Of a stretch of 64,000 bases of DNA, positions 1 through 10,577 are shown in pieces. The notes under the pieces are model-generated. The model did no database searches. It was not told the DNA's origin and saw only the letters and a program-made list of their open reading frames with translations. The DNA lies in the NCBI RefSeq assembly GCF_036321535.1, contig NC_087437.1, positions 121,460,001-121,524,000 of the forward strand, written 5' to 3'. The DNA is from Camelus dromedarius (taxonomy: Eukaryota). The stretch's first letter is position 1; each line of letters starts with the position of its first letter. The position numbers were made by a program, and so were the translations under genes.

Positions 1-1461
1 TGGGCACCGAACTCTGCCTCCCCTCTTGCTGCTGATGGGGCCACACCAGCATGAGCAGCAGCGGCGGCCAGCTTTCGGATGGCAGTCCCTGCCCGAGACC
101 CGAGGGAGTGGCCCGTGTGAGTCCCAGCTCATACGAGCCACACCCCACGAAGCAGAGATGAACAGTGCCAGTCGCTCGCCCTCAGGATCGCGAACAAATA
201 AATGATTGCTTCAAGCCACTTAGTTGGGGTGGTTGGTTGCATAGAAATAAAGTCCTCATGTACATTTTCCTTCTTAAGAATGAATCCCTAGACGTCATCC
301 CAGGAACCCTGGTGTTTCCGTGTTGTCCAGCGCCCCTCTGGACGCTGCACCTGGCAGCGGCCCTCAGGGCAGGTGCTGGGCCTCCTGCTAGCTGGCGGGC
401 CTTCCCGTGAGACAGCAACCTGAAGCAGACAGCTGGCCGCCGCAGCACTCAGGTCACTGCACTCAGGGATACCCCGTTCTGTCCCATGACTTGGGGGTGA
501 CCGCAGCTAACCTCTAGAGTGTCGAGGCTGGGCTCTTCCCGGACATGTGTCTTCTTCCCCCTCTTACACCGGAGCAAACCGGCAGAGGTCCGGAGAGATG
601 CCTTAGGCCCCGCAGCTGAGAAGGGGGCAGCAGAACTGGGCCCTGGAGCGCAGCCTCCGCTGGCACCGGCGCTGCCCAGGCTGAGAGGCCCAGGCTGAGA
701 GCCCCAGGCCGGCCCGCCGCCGCCCTCTGCGCCCTGGAGTCCTCCTAGTAGGTGACCAGCCCCCAGAGCGCTCTGGGCACTCGCGTCTAAGGACTGGATT
801 TTTCTTGTCAAACTGTTTTCTGAGTAGAAGTGCAGCCTTGAGTTGGTTATTCTGGTCTTCCAAACGTGGCACTTCCACAAATGCTTACCACTCTGCGTGT
901 AAACACTTCTCGGTATCGCCGTAGAAAATGCAATTACGGTGCCCGGGGGCGTACGCTTACCGCGTGCTCGTGAAACAGCTGTGACAAGCCTTCACCTGCT
1001 AACCGACCAAGCCAGCGCCCCGCAGCTGGTCATCTCGCCTTGCTTCTGACCTCGCCGAGGGTCCCACGCAGAAACCGGGGGGCGCCGTCGGCGTCTGGGG
1101 GCCGTGACCCCACCTCCTCCAGCACGCCCCCGACTTCGCACCGCGCAGGCCGGGTGCACCTTAACGTCCGGTTCCCGGCGCGCCCTCCAGCGCGCGGACG
1201 CTGCGGACCCCGCCCGCCTCGCCGGGGACCCCGCGCCGCCGGCCGCGGGCGGGGCCTCGCGGGGCCGCGCCCCTCCCGCCGCCCTGGGCCCTCTCTCCCG
1301 GATCCCTCCGTCCCCTCGCCCCCTCTCGCGCTCCCGGGCCCCGCCGACCGCGGGTAAGACTCGGCGCGGCCTGCGTGCGCGCGCACGTGCGGCGTCGTGG
1401 CGTCGCCGCCCCCCCTCCCCGCGTGCGCGCGGCCGGCCGCGGGGGCCGCGGGGAGGGCGGA

Positions 1462-1667
1462 GCCAACGCCGAGGGCGGAGGGCGGAGGCTGAGGCGGCGG
1501 CTGAGGCGGCGGCCGGTCGGGCCGCTCTCGGGGCCGCGCTCGGGGGCGCGCTCGGGGCCGCGCCAGGCCACGGCCAGCGCGCCGCAGCCCCCGGCGGCCG
1601 ATCGGAGCCCCGCGGACTTGCGATCGGAGCCCTTGAGCCGCGCGGAGCGGAGCGGCCCGCGGCTGAG
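1462..1667 (+). other. Probable non-coding first exon (5' UTR) of a + strand gene
   Basis: GC-rich leader with (GCTGAGGCGGCG)2 just after the GC boxes. No ATG. Ends at consensus donor GAG|GTGAGG (GT at 1668-1669). The start coordinate is an estimate. Confidence 0.65.
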
Positions 1668-1990
1668 GTGAGGCCGGCGGGGCGGCGGCGCTGCGGGGGC
1701 GGCGGGGCTCGGACACCGCGGCCGGACAGCACGGCCGGACCACGCCGCCGGGCCACGCCGCCGGGCAGCGCGGGGCAGCGCCGCGACTGCGTTTATGTAA
1801 GCGCCGCGGGGCAGGTGGTGAGGCCGCGCCGGGCGTGCGGCTGGAGCGGGACCCGAGCGGCCCGGGGCGCTGTCCGGAGACGCTGTCCGGAGCGGCCGCG
1901 GGCCGCCCAGGGAGGGGAACTGCGCCCAGAGCGGCCCCACGTCTCCTGCCCCCGGCGCCGCATCTGCGCGGGATGCTCTGCGCCGCGGAA

Positions 1991-2700
1991 GAGGGAGGCT
2001 GCGCCCCGGGATGCAGGAGAGCCTGCGCCCCCGGGACGGAGGGGAGGCTGCGTCCCCGGGATGAAGCTGCGCCCCGGGGCGGGTACACCGAGCCCGCAGG
2101 TGAAGGGGAGGCTGCGCCCCCGGGGAGGGACACTGCCCCCAGGGATGAGGCTGCGTCCTGGGGAGTGGAGCCCGCGCCCCCAGGACGGAGGGGAGGCTGC
2201 GTCCCCGGGATGAAGCTGCGCCCCTAGGCGGGTACACCGAGCCCAAGGATAAATGGGAGGCTGCACTCCCGGGATGAACCTGGACGGAGGGGAGGCTGCG
2301 TCCTAGGGATGTGGATGCGCCCCGGGGCGGGTACGCTGAGCCCGAGGATGAAGGAGAGGCTGCGCCCCCGGGGAGGGACACTCTCCCCAGGGATGAGGCT
2401 GCGCCCTGGAGAGTAGAGCCTGGGCCCTCAGGAGGGGAGCCTGCACCGGGGACAGCCCCGTCCCCTCCCCGGGAGTGCCGCTTCTGCTCCGGCTGCGGTG
2501 CGCCCTAGGAGGGAGGGCTGCGCCCGGGACAGGGCTGCACCTGGGACGGCCCGCGTCCCCTTCGGGAGGGCACCGGGTCCGCGCAAGATGCTCTGCGCTG
2601 TGTGGAGGGCACAGTGCACCCTCCGGGTGAGGCTGCGCCCCCGGGGAATGGAGGCTGCACCCCCACAGTGAGGCTGCGCCGGGGACGGCCCCGCGTGTCC
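1991..2700. repeat. GC-rich minisatellite: ~19-20 bp monomer (GAGGCTGCGCCCCGGGAT-like) arranged as a ~149 bp higher-order unit
   Basis: GGACGGAGGGGAGGCTGCGTCC starts at 2034, 2183 and 2282 (spacings 149 and 99). Copies 1 and 3 share GGGAGGGACACT..CCCAGGGATGAGGCTGCG. Degenerate monomers continue to ~2700. Confidence 0.9.
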
Positions 2701-3398
2701 TCCCGAGGGCGCAGTGTCCGCGTGGGTTGCTCTGCGCCGCGGGCGTCCCGGGGCGGGGAAGTTCCCGCGGATTCCGGGCATCTTGAGCAATCGGAACGAT
2801 CTGGGGCGACTAGGGGCTCGAGGTGAATTCTGACATGTTCAGATCTGCAGTAGGAAAATTACCGGGACGCGAATGGGTCTGAAGGAAGGGGTCAACGTGG
2901 GCTGTGGATGCTGAGACGTGTCGGAGTCTCGTTAACGTACTGGAGAACCTAAAACGTGTCCTAGTCCCGATTTGTACGTGGAGACCCGCAGCGCTGTGTG
3001 TGGCTCCCGTTAGTATTTTCAGCCGGCGTGTCTGGGTCGTTGCTTCTGATGAGGGCGTTTTGTTTCCTTGCGCGAGCTGTAATGGTTAGCGTTCAGTTCT
3101 GGAAGTACAAGGAAAAGTGGCTTGATGTCAGACTTGCTTCTTTATTCTTAGTGTCGTAATTAAGATGATCGACCAGTTAAGTTTCGAGAACAGAAATATT
3201 TATCTACTTCTCTTTGTTCCCTCTTAAATTTACCATGTGTTGTATTCCTTTAAAAGGTGCCGCCTACAAGCTGCATTTCCCCAAACACCGGGTTGTGCTC
3301 TGGGCAGTTCCCCGTGCAGTGTCTTTTGATTACCGTCTTTTTTTTGAGGCTGAGATTCCTTTACCTTCTGCCTGCTGAGGGTTTCCCTGAAGGGAAAG

Positions 3399-3425
3399 GA
3401 AGAAGAAGAAGAAGAAGAAGAAGAA
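3399..3425. repeat. (GAA)9 microsatellite
   Basis: Read directly from the sequence. Confidence 0.95.
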
Positions 3426-5696
3426 GGCAAAGATTGGCTGGTACCCCTCCTCCTTGATGTGAGAATCAGCTGCAAGGTCCCTCCAGGGACAGGGTCCCCT
3501 CCGCAGGGACACCCACAGCAGCGCTCATGAATACTGGATGAGACTCAGTGAGTTAGGTGTCGCTCCTGCCCTGCCCAGGTGGAGGTGGGGACTCACACTG
3601 GCTTTGCAGGGCAGCCGCTGTCTGTGAGTCGTGCCTGTTTGATGTCTGAAGGTTCCTGAGACTGAATTTATTCAGCTACATCTCCAACAAAATTTGAGGC
3701 TATAGTTGGAAGGGAAAAAAAGGCCTTTCTGCAGGGGGCAGTGGTGAAGAGAAAATTGGTCCAGCTCTGAGAAATTGATGACACATGCATCCGAGATGCA
3801 CTGTGCTCATGGTCAGCGCCGGGAGGTGAAGAGAGGACCGTGAGCTAATAACGTCTCCCACAAAAAACTTCTCGGCTCAGAGGCTAATTCAGGACTTTGT
3901 GAATTTACATGTTGTAAAGGCATTTCAACTGCTTTTAGACGGGGATAAGAAAATTCCTTAAACTTAAATTTGTCTGATGAATGAATAAAGTAAATGAATT
4001 CATTTGGCAAGTACTTACCATGTTGGGCTACGCGGGGCCCTCCCTGTTTTAGGCTCCCCACACACAGTGCCGAGCAAAATACGCAGAGTTCAAAGCAGTG
4101 CAAAAGCTGGCAGTTGACTTTATTAAACACTGTTATAGCATTACCTTTTTAAAAATAAAATTCATAATTTTAGTTATGAAAGTTTAAAATGTATACCATT
4201 GAAGTTTTTATTTACAGCTTTGAAAGTATAAGCTCTCACACTGCACATTCAAGGGGTGCAGACAGACACACAGCCTCATTCCACTCCATCCCTAGCCACT
4301 CGGGCCCCTAACTGCTCTGACCGGGTGACTGTGTGCTGCCTCAGCAGTGGTTGAAATATACATGTGGTTACAGATGTGTTTTAATATAGTTTTTAATATC
4401 GAATGTGAGAAACAGTGCTGCAGTGAATTTTTTTGTGCATGGGTTCAAGCAAAACCTACTAATCATTTCTTTAAATCATCAAAATTCCTTGGCTGTAAGG
4501 TTTATTTAAGAGCTGGGTTTTATTCCCTTGAATACTGTGATGTGCGATGTATTTATGACCGAGGAAATTATTTAAATAGGTAGGAGATAGAAAGTATACT
4601 TTGGAGATTAATAGGTGAAGTTATACATTTACCAGCCTATAAAAAAGTTGTTTAAGAAAAATTGTCAATCTTAGTATGAAACTGAAAAACTTAGGTCCAG
4701 TTTTATTGGAAAACTTGATTTTTTTTGTCAGTGTTCTAAAACATGGATTTCCAAATCTACAATTGGTGTGATAGAAATACTACTATTAAAAAAAACTTAG
4801 ACATATTTTTATAACATGTGACGTAGGAAAGACAGTGAGAACCTCATTCAAAAATTGTATGTTGAGGTCGTTGAGGTTTCCTCGTTCCTTCTCTTCCTGA
4901 CGTCATGTGTTGTTCGGAACATGCACAGGAAGCTAGCAGCCGGCAGCGGTGCTCACCTGGCCTTGCGGCGCAGCCTGACGGCCGCGGGGCCCAGGCCCTC
5001 AGTACCAGCTCGTCACGTTCTATTGTGGTCTGGGTGACACTGCTGTGTGCCAGGTGTCTAGGGTGTGCCAGAGAACGGCTTTCTCTTCGTGGTGGATTTA
5101 AACTGAAGACGAGGCTGGGAGGGGATGGAAGCAGCTCGGAGGGGCCTGGTATTTCCATGGGAAGCGCGGTGAAACTCTGCGAGCGTCTAGGGCGGGTTTC
5201 TTTCACTCACGTGGTCACCCCCCTCCCCGGACTTAGACCAGGTGTCAGTACGGTTCTAGGCCCTGGAGACAGAGGAGTGAACGGCAAGGGTGGTTCCTGC
5301 CCCCATGGGGGAGATGAGGATGGTGAACCCCAGCTGAAGTCCTAAGTGCAGGGAGGAGCATGTAAAACTAGCAGAGGGGTCGAGGGGGCTCTCAGAGGCT
5401 GGAGGCTGGTGGCTTTGGCAGGCAGAGGGAGCTCTGAAGTCCTGGCCTTGGGCCACAGGGGTCTGAGCTTCCTGTGTGGTGCTGATGCGGTGCTGGTACG
5501 GGAGCCCAGGGGGCTGAGAGGAAGGGAGGGCTGCAGCTCATGGGGGTGTGGAATTGAGGTGGTGATCTCAGCCTCGCAGGGTGCCGCCTGCCCGCCTACC
5601 TTCCTAGTAGAGAGTTTTGAACAACAGAAGGGCAGGATCTGATTTACCTTTGAAAGGAATCACGCTGGCTGTTCTGCAGCTAATCTTTTTTGGAAG

Positions 5697-5850
5697 CTTG
5701 TGATGTGCCAGGCCATTTAAGTGCTTTACATTTATTCATTAAATTCTTAGGCAGTCTATAGGCAGGCATTATTATAGGTCTTCCATGTTACAGGTGGGTA
5801 AAGCTGGGTTCAGAGAGGCCACGGGTAAGTGGCAAAGGGAGGACTTCCCT
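5697..5850 (-). mobile_element. MIR SINE fragment
   Basis: TGTGCCAGGC..AAGTGCTTTACA..TTACAGGTGGGTAAAGCTGGGTTCAGAGAGG resembles the reverse complement of the MIR core and tail. Confidence 0.7.
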
Positions 5851-8800
5851 GAGAGCCCGGGCCGCGGGCAGGAGGGGGCAGCGGGCCTGCCCAGGCAGAG
5901 GTGGTGGGAGCAGATCTGGCGTGCTGTCCTCCAGCACGTGTGAAATGTCCTCTGTAAGTAAGTTGCAGTGTTATTTTCTGGTGCTGTTACCAGGGAAATG
6001 TTGCCACTTTGACTGTGACACAGACGGCCCCGTCAGTTGGGGGTCACTCGCACTCGGTGGAAGAGCCCTTAGACTTCCCGCATGGGCTTTTCAGACCATG
6101 CCGCTCTTGTGCCTTCATGACAAAAGAAAAGGTAAGTGAAATAAAGTAAGGATAACATTTCTTCCCCTTTAGAGTTTGGTCCCTCCAAGTCGGCGCCACG
6201 GCAGAGTCCACTGTGCTGTCACCGACGTCACTGCGTGGCCTTCCTGGCTGCCGTCTCTGGGGCGCGTCCACGCCGCGGCTGCAGTCTGCGAGCTTGGACG
6301 CTCTCTTGGTCTCACCGGCAGGTGTCGCGGAGGGGCTTCCGGCCCTAAGATGATTTGCTAACGGCCTGACGATGGGTTAGTTGCCCCGTCAGTCATGCCA
6401 CCAAGAGGCCCAGCTGAGGCTGAGCGACCCCTCTCACCTCCGGCCTGATTTCACAGTCGTGAAGGTGCAGGAAAGCGCGGGCCTTAGAACTGAGGAACTT
6501 GGCGTGTTCCGCAGGCGGACCTGTCGGGATTGCCGGTAGGCTCTGCGGTGGAGCAGCCCCGACGACCCCAGGGCTGCCGGCCGGAGCCATCGACGGGCGC
6601 TGCTGTGACGCGGGCCGTCCGGGCAGAGCAGCTGTCTGGCCAGAGGTCCGGGGTCCGGGGCTGGAGGCGGCCCTGGGCTGCAGGCTGACCCGCGGGTCGG
6701 ACCTCCGTTCCGCGGCTACCAGACGTGTGGTCTTGAGCTCGCCGCTTACTCTTCGCACCCCGGGGTCCTCCTCCATGACGAGGGAGAGGAGCCGCGCCCC
6801 GTCTGCTGGGCTGGTGGGTGGGGGAGCTGAGCTGACGTGCAGTGCCTGCAGTTGGACGCCACCAGCAGGACTGCAGAGGGTTTCTTCCGTGTTATTTTGT
6901 GATTAGTCATCCCAGTGGAGGTGTTATGATCTGCGTGGAAGTTCAAGGTTGGGTTCAAGAAGAGGTTGGGGCCAATCATGTCCATTTGGCATCATTTGCA
7001 CATTGCTGATGTCTGAAACCATAGGGGTGGCGGTGAGCAGACACGGAAAGGCTGAAGGGTGAGGATTGAGCCTGGGGGCTTTTGGCGAGGGGCCCACAGG
7101 AGGAGGGGTCTGGTGGTGGGGAGGCCTGGGTGAGAGAGAGGAGGTGCCGAGCGTCAGGTACGGGGGGCCCTCTGGAGGGGACTGGGCAGCCAGACAGCAG
7201 CTGGACAGCTGCAGGCTTGCAGGGTTTTTATTTGTAAGTGAGAGCGATTATAGTGTGTTTGGGGCCGTCAGGGAGGATCCCGTAGAGGAGGACGGATGTC
7301 TGACGCATCGGGAGGCGGGTAGTTGCCGGAGCACCGTCTCTGAGGTGTGGGAGGGGACGGCCGGAGGCGCAGGGCCAGCTCAGCCCCGGGAGCGAGGCGG
7401 GACTCCTGCCCACGGGAGCTGCGGTGCACTTCAGACATCCCTAAGCAGCTTGCTGCCCCTTTGAAAGGAGGGCGTAAAATAAAACATTCTGTGCTCAATG
7501 TGGGAACCTTGGGAACTGTGCAGCAGACTTCGGATCTACTTTCTTATTAGCTTGTGGTGCTAAATGCGCTTTGGGGCGTCCTCACAGAAAGATACATGTG
7601 GAAATGGTGGGTTTTTTAACTTAAAAAAATTCATGTCTCTAAAGGTATCATTAACTTAACTAGAGGTTGGCACCTTTATTCACCAAATTTAGTGCCATTC
7701 AGAGGGCTAACCAGACTGGGCCCCTGACCTGGGCTCCAGCGCGGCGTCCGGGCGGCTGCCCCCACCTCCAGCCGGTGGGGCAGGTGGCCATGCTTTGGGC
7801 CTCCAGAAGCTGGGGCGCCGCTGGGGCAGCAGCATTTGCTGAAGGTGGCTGTTCAAGTGGTGAAATAGCTTCCACGCATGTCAGCTGGTACTGTTTGTGG
7901 TTATTTGATTTTTCTTTGGTTTGGAAGTTTCGAAATACCCATCTTCTCAGTGGTTCAATCAATAGGATGAAACGTAGGGAGGCCAGCCGACCCCTTGCGC
8001 TCCGTCTGTCGTGTGTGCAGCGGGAGGGCTGGTTTCCGTGGCTCTGGGCCCTGTTCCTGTCCCTCCTGCCCTCAGTGGACGGGTTTTACCCAGGCCTTCT
8101 CTGTGTGCGCCCTTGCAGAAGGACGCACAGAGGACGAGGAGGATGAGGAGGAAGACGAGGAGGCCTCTCTGAGCCGACCTCCAGGGGGCAGACGAAGCCA
8201 GGCAGGAGGCAGACGGAGGCACAGGCGAGGCTGGGGCATCGAGGTGGCTCCTGGGTGAGTTGTGGTGTTCAGGAAGGCTCTCCGGACCGGGTGCTATGCT
8301 GAGGCCCAAAGCAGAGAGTGCACCCTTCGTGTCAGGAGAGGGACAGTCACGTTCCAGGGGGAGGGACAGCCTGCCGGAGCCCTGCTCGCTGCAGTAGCCG
8401 GGGCAGCAGCCCTGGTCGGGGCGGTGTGTGGGGCAGGGTGCCAGCTGTGCGGCTCTCCGGGCCAGGCCATGGGCCAGGGCTGCAGCAGGGCCGGGGGGCC
8501 GGGACCAGGCGGGGGCTGAGAGAGCGGAGAGAGCTCAGGGGTGTCGGCGGAGTCAGAAGGCTTTGGGGACGGATGGGGTTGAGAAGGGCCCTTATAGCTG
8601 TGGATCGTCACGGCCTGAGCCCGAGGGTCTGAGGGGACCTTGTTCCATTGTGGACGGCAACTGGCTGTTGGATTCGGCTTAAATCTACAGGTCACTTGTG
8701 CCCGGGTGTGTGACGTGCAGGGCATTTACTCTTATGTGCTTACGTGGGATCCGCAAGCCACAGAACGTGTTGTTTCAGGAACCTAGGCACTCCTGTGTCG

Positions 8801-9099
8801 AAACTCCCTTTAGGTGGAGCTGGCGCTCCCATCAGTTACTGCTCACTGGTCTCACGTAGGGGTGACAGCACCCCTGGTTTTCAGATCGGGAACTGACAGG
8901 GTCAGTCGCTTCTTGGGAAGCTGGGTACCATTTAGCTAATACTTACTGAGCTTTTGCTGTGTGTCAGGCATGGAGGAACCAGTTTAATCTAGTTTACTCC
9001 TGATGACAAGTTTTGGCGATCCCCATTATGCAGAACCGTCATCGTCCCCTCTTCCCTGGCTCACCTGAGTAGCCCCCTCCCCTCCCCTCCCCTCCATCC

Positions 9100-9463
9100 C
9101 CTCCTGTCTGTTCTTGACAGGCTGCCAGAGCCAAGCCTTAAATGGAGGACGGACCAGGCACCTTCCTGCTCTCAGCCCTGTAACTGCCGCATCCCAGAGG
9201 CCTCCCGCCTGCCGGCCCCTCGCTCACCCCTCCAGCTGTCTGGTGGGCTTCACTCCTCCACACACACCCTCCCCTCTGCACCCCTGCGGCCCTGCCGTGT
9301 GCGCCGTGGTCTCCCCTGTGCACGGCCCCCGCCCCTCGTCAGCCCGCCAGGCAGACTGGCGCCTCAGGAAGGCAGGGCTCCCGTGCTGTCTCTGTCCTAA
9401 GGGCCCAGAGCCATGCCTGGTGGATAGTAAGCACTCACCCATGTTTGTCGTTTGAATGGATAA
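9100..9463 (+). mobile_element. L2 LINE 3' end fragment
   Basis: AGGAAGGCAGGG..CCCAGAGCCATGCCTGG..TAGTAAGCACTCA..TGTTTGTCGTTTGAATGGATAA matches the L2 3' terminus pattern. The 5' boundary is uncertain. Confidence 0.6.
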
Positions 9464-10485
9464 CCTTTCTTACTTTCAATGTAGGTAGTAGAACCCAATT
9501 CCACGCTGTTTGCCTGTGAAAATGTGTCTTTTCTGCCTGAGTAGGCTGCACCCCCTACTCCTATTGTGCTTGGTGAATCAGTCATGTATTTATGCCCCAT
9601 ATGTCTGTGTTATCTCCAGATTTCTGTGCTTTTCTTTGTAGAACAGAAACATTTACAAAACATTCAGAATTACTCGAAAACCATGGAGTGCAGAGTAGTC
9701 AATTAATCTGTTGAAAGTGGGGAGTCCTCGGCTCGCCTGTCAGGTGACACGTGATGAAGTGCATCGTCGTGAGTGGTGGAGCACCCATGACAGGGAAGGC
9801 ACAGCTGTAAGTGCATCGTGACGACAGTGAGACTGTTTTGAATAACTCTGGGAGGTTTCAGAAAAGCAGCCAAAAAGAAAAAAAAAACTTAATTCATTGT
9901 GGAGGCTCAGAGGATTTAAAAATTAGAAAGAACGTGGCTTCAAAGCTGTTTGGTGGGGAGCAAGTGGCAGAATTTACCGGAATTTGGGAAACTGGGAACT
10001 TAATCCCAGCCCTGCCTCTGACCTGGCGGGCTGCTCACTGTGTCGCCCGGGCAGGTTCCCTCAGGGTGTGTGTGTGTAGGGTGGGGGGTGGCGCTGTCCC
10101 AGGGTCTCGCTGTTGCTGGAAGACTGCAGGAGGAAGGTAACAGGCCTGAGGGCCTCGAGGGTCTGCAGGCGGCGCTCCGCGCGTGCTGGTCGGGGAAGCC
10201 CCTCGTGGGCCCGGTGCCCCTGCGGCTGCAGGGGATCCACACGCAGCCGGCACTCGGCGCGGTGTCCCGTCGTCCCCTCCCTCTGGTCCTGAGAGAGGTG
10301 GGTAGGGACGGGACCTGGGGGTGAGGCCTTGGGCTCTGGCTCAGCAAGGAAGCACGAGGGCCCTGTCCCCGCTTGCCTAGGCCTTGGGGACGGGCTTGCT
10401 GGCCGCCCTGAACTTCGCGGGCCAGGGCGGCCTTCGCACGTCTGCAGGTCTAGGGCGTGTCGCAGCCGACCAGACAATTCGGCGG

Positions 10486-10577
10486 GGGCAGGGGTGGGGC
10501 TCAGTGGCAGAGCGCGTGCTCAGCATGCACGAGGTCCTCGGTTCTGTCCCCGGTACCTCCGTTAAAGAAAAAAAACC
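10486..10577 (+). mobile_element. tRNA-Ala-derived camelid SINE (vic-1-like), GC-shifted copy
   Basis: GCTCAGTGGCAGAGCGCGTGCTCAGCATGCACGAGGTCCTCGGTTC..CCCCGGTACCTCC followed by an A-rich tail. Remnant A and B boxes and the AGC anticodon are visible. Aligns with the copy at 51444. Confidence 0.85.

Larger units (their letters stand above)
950..2870 (+). promoter_or_regulatory. Large CpG-island promoter
   Basis: Very high GC and CpG density. Multiple GC boxes (GGGCGG) at ~1455-1486, E-box CACGTG at 1384-1389, palindrome CGTGCGCGCGCACG at 1374-1387 (NRF1-like). Boundaries approximate. Confidence 0.9.

Noticed and set aside
992..2381. Long overlapping ORFs on both strands (254-406 aa) across the promoter
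   Set aside because: They are Ala/Arg/Pro/Gly low-complexity, open in most frames at once because of extreme GC content and the minisatellite, and show no recognisable domain. An antisense non-coding transcript cannot be excluded.
1991..2700. CRISPR-like array interpretation of the tandem repeats (also 19001 and 62582)
   Set aside because: No identical repeats separated by unique spacers, no cas genes, and a mammalian context.
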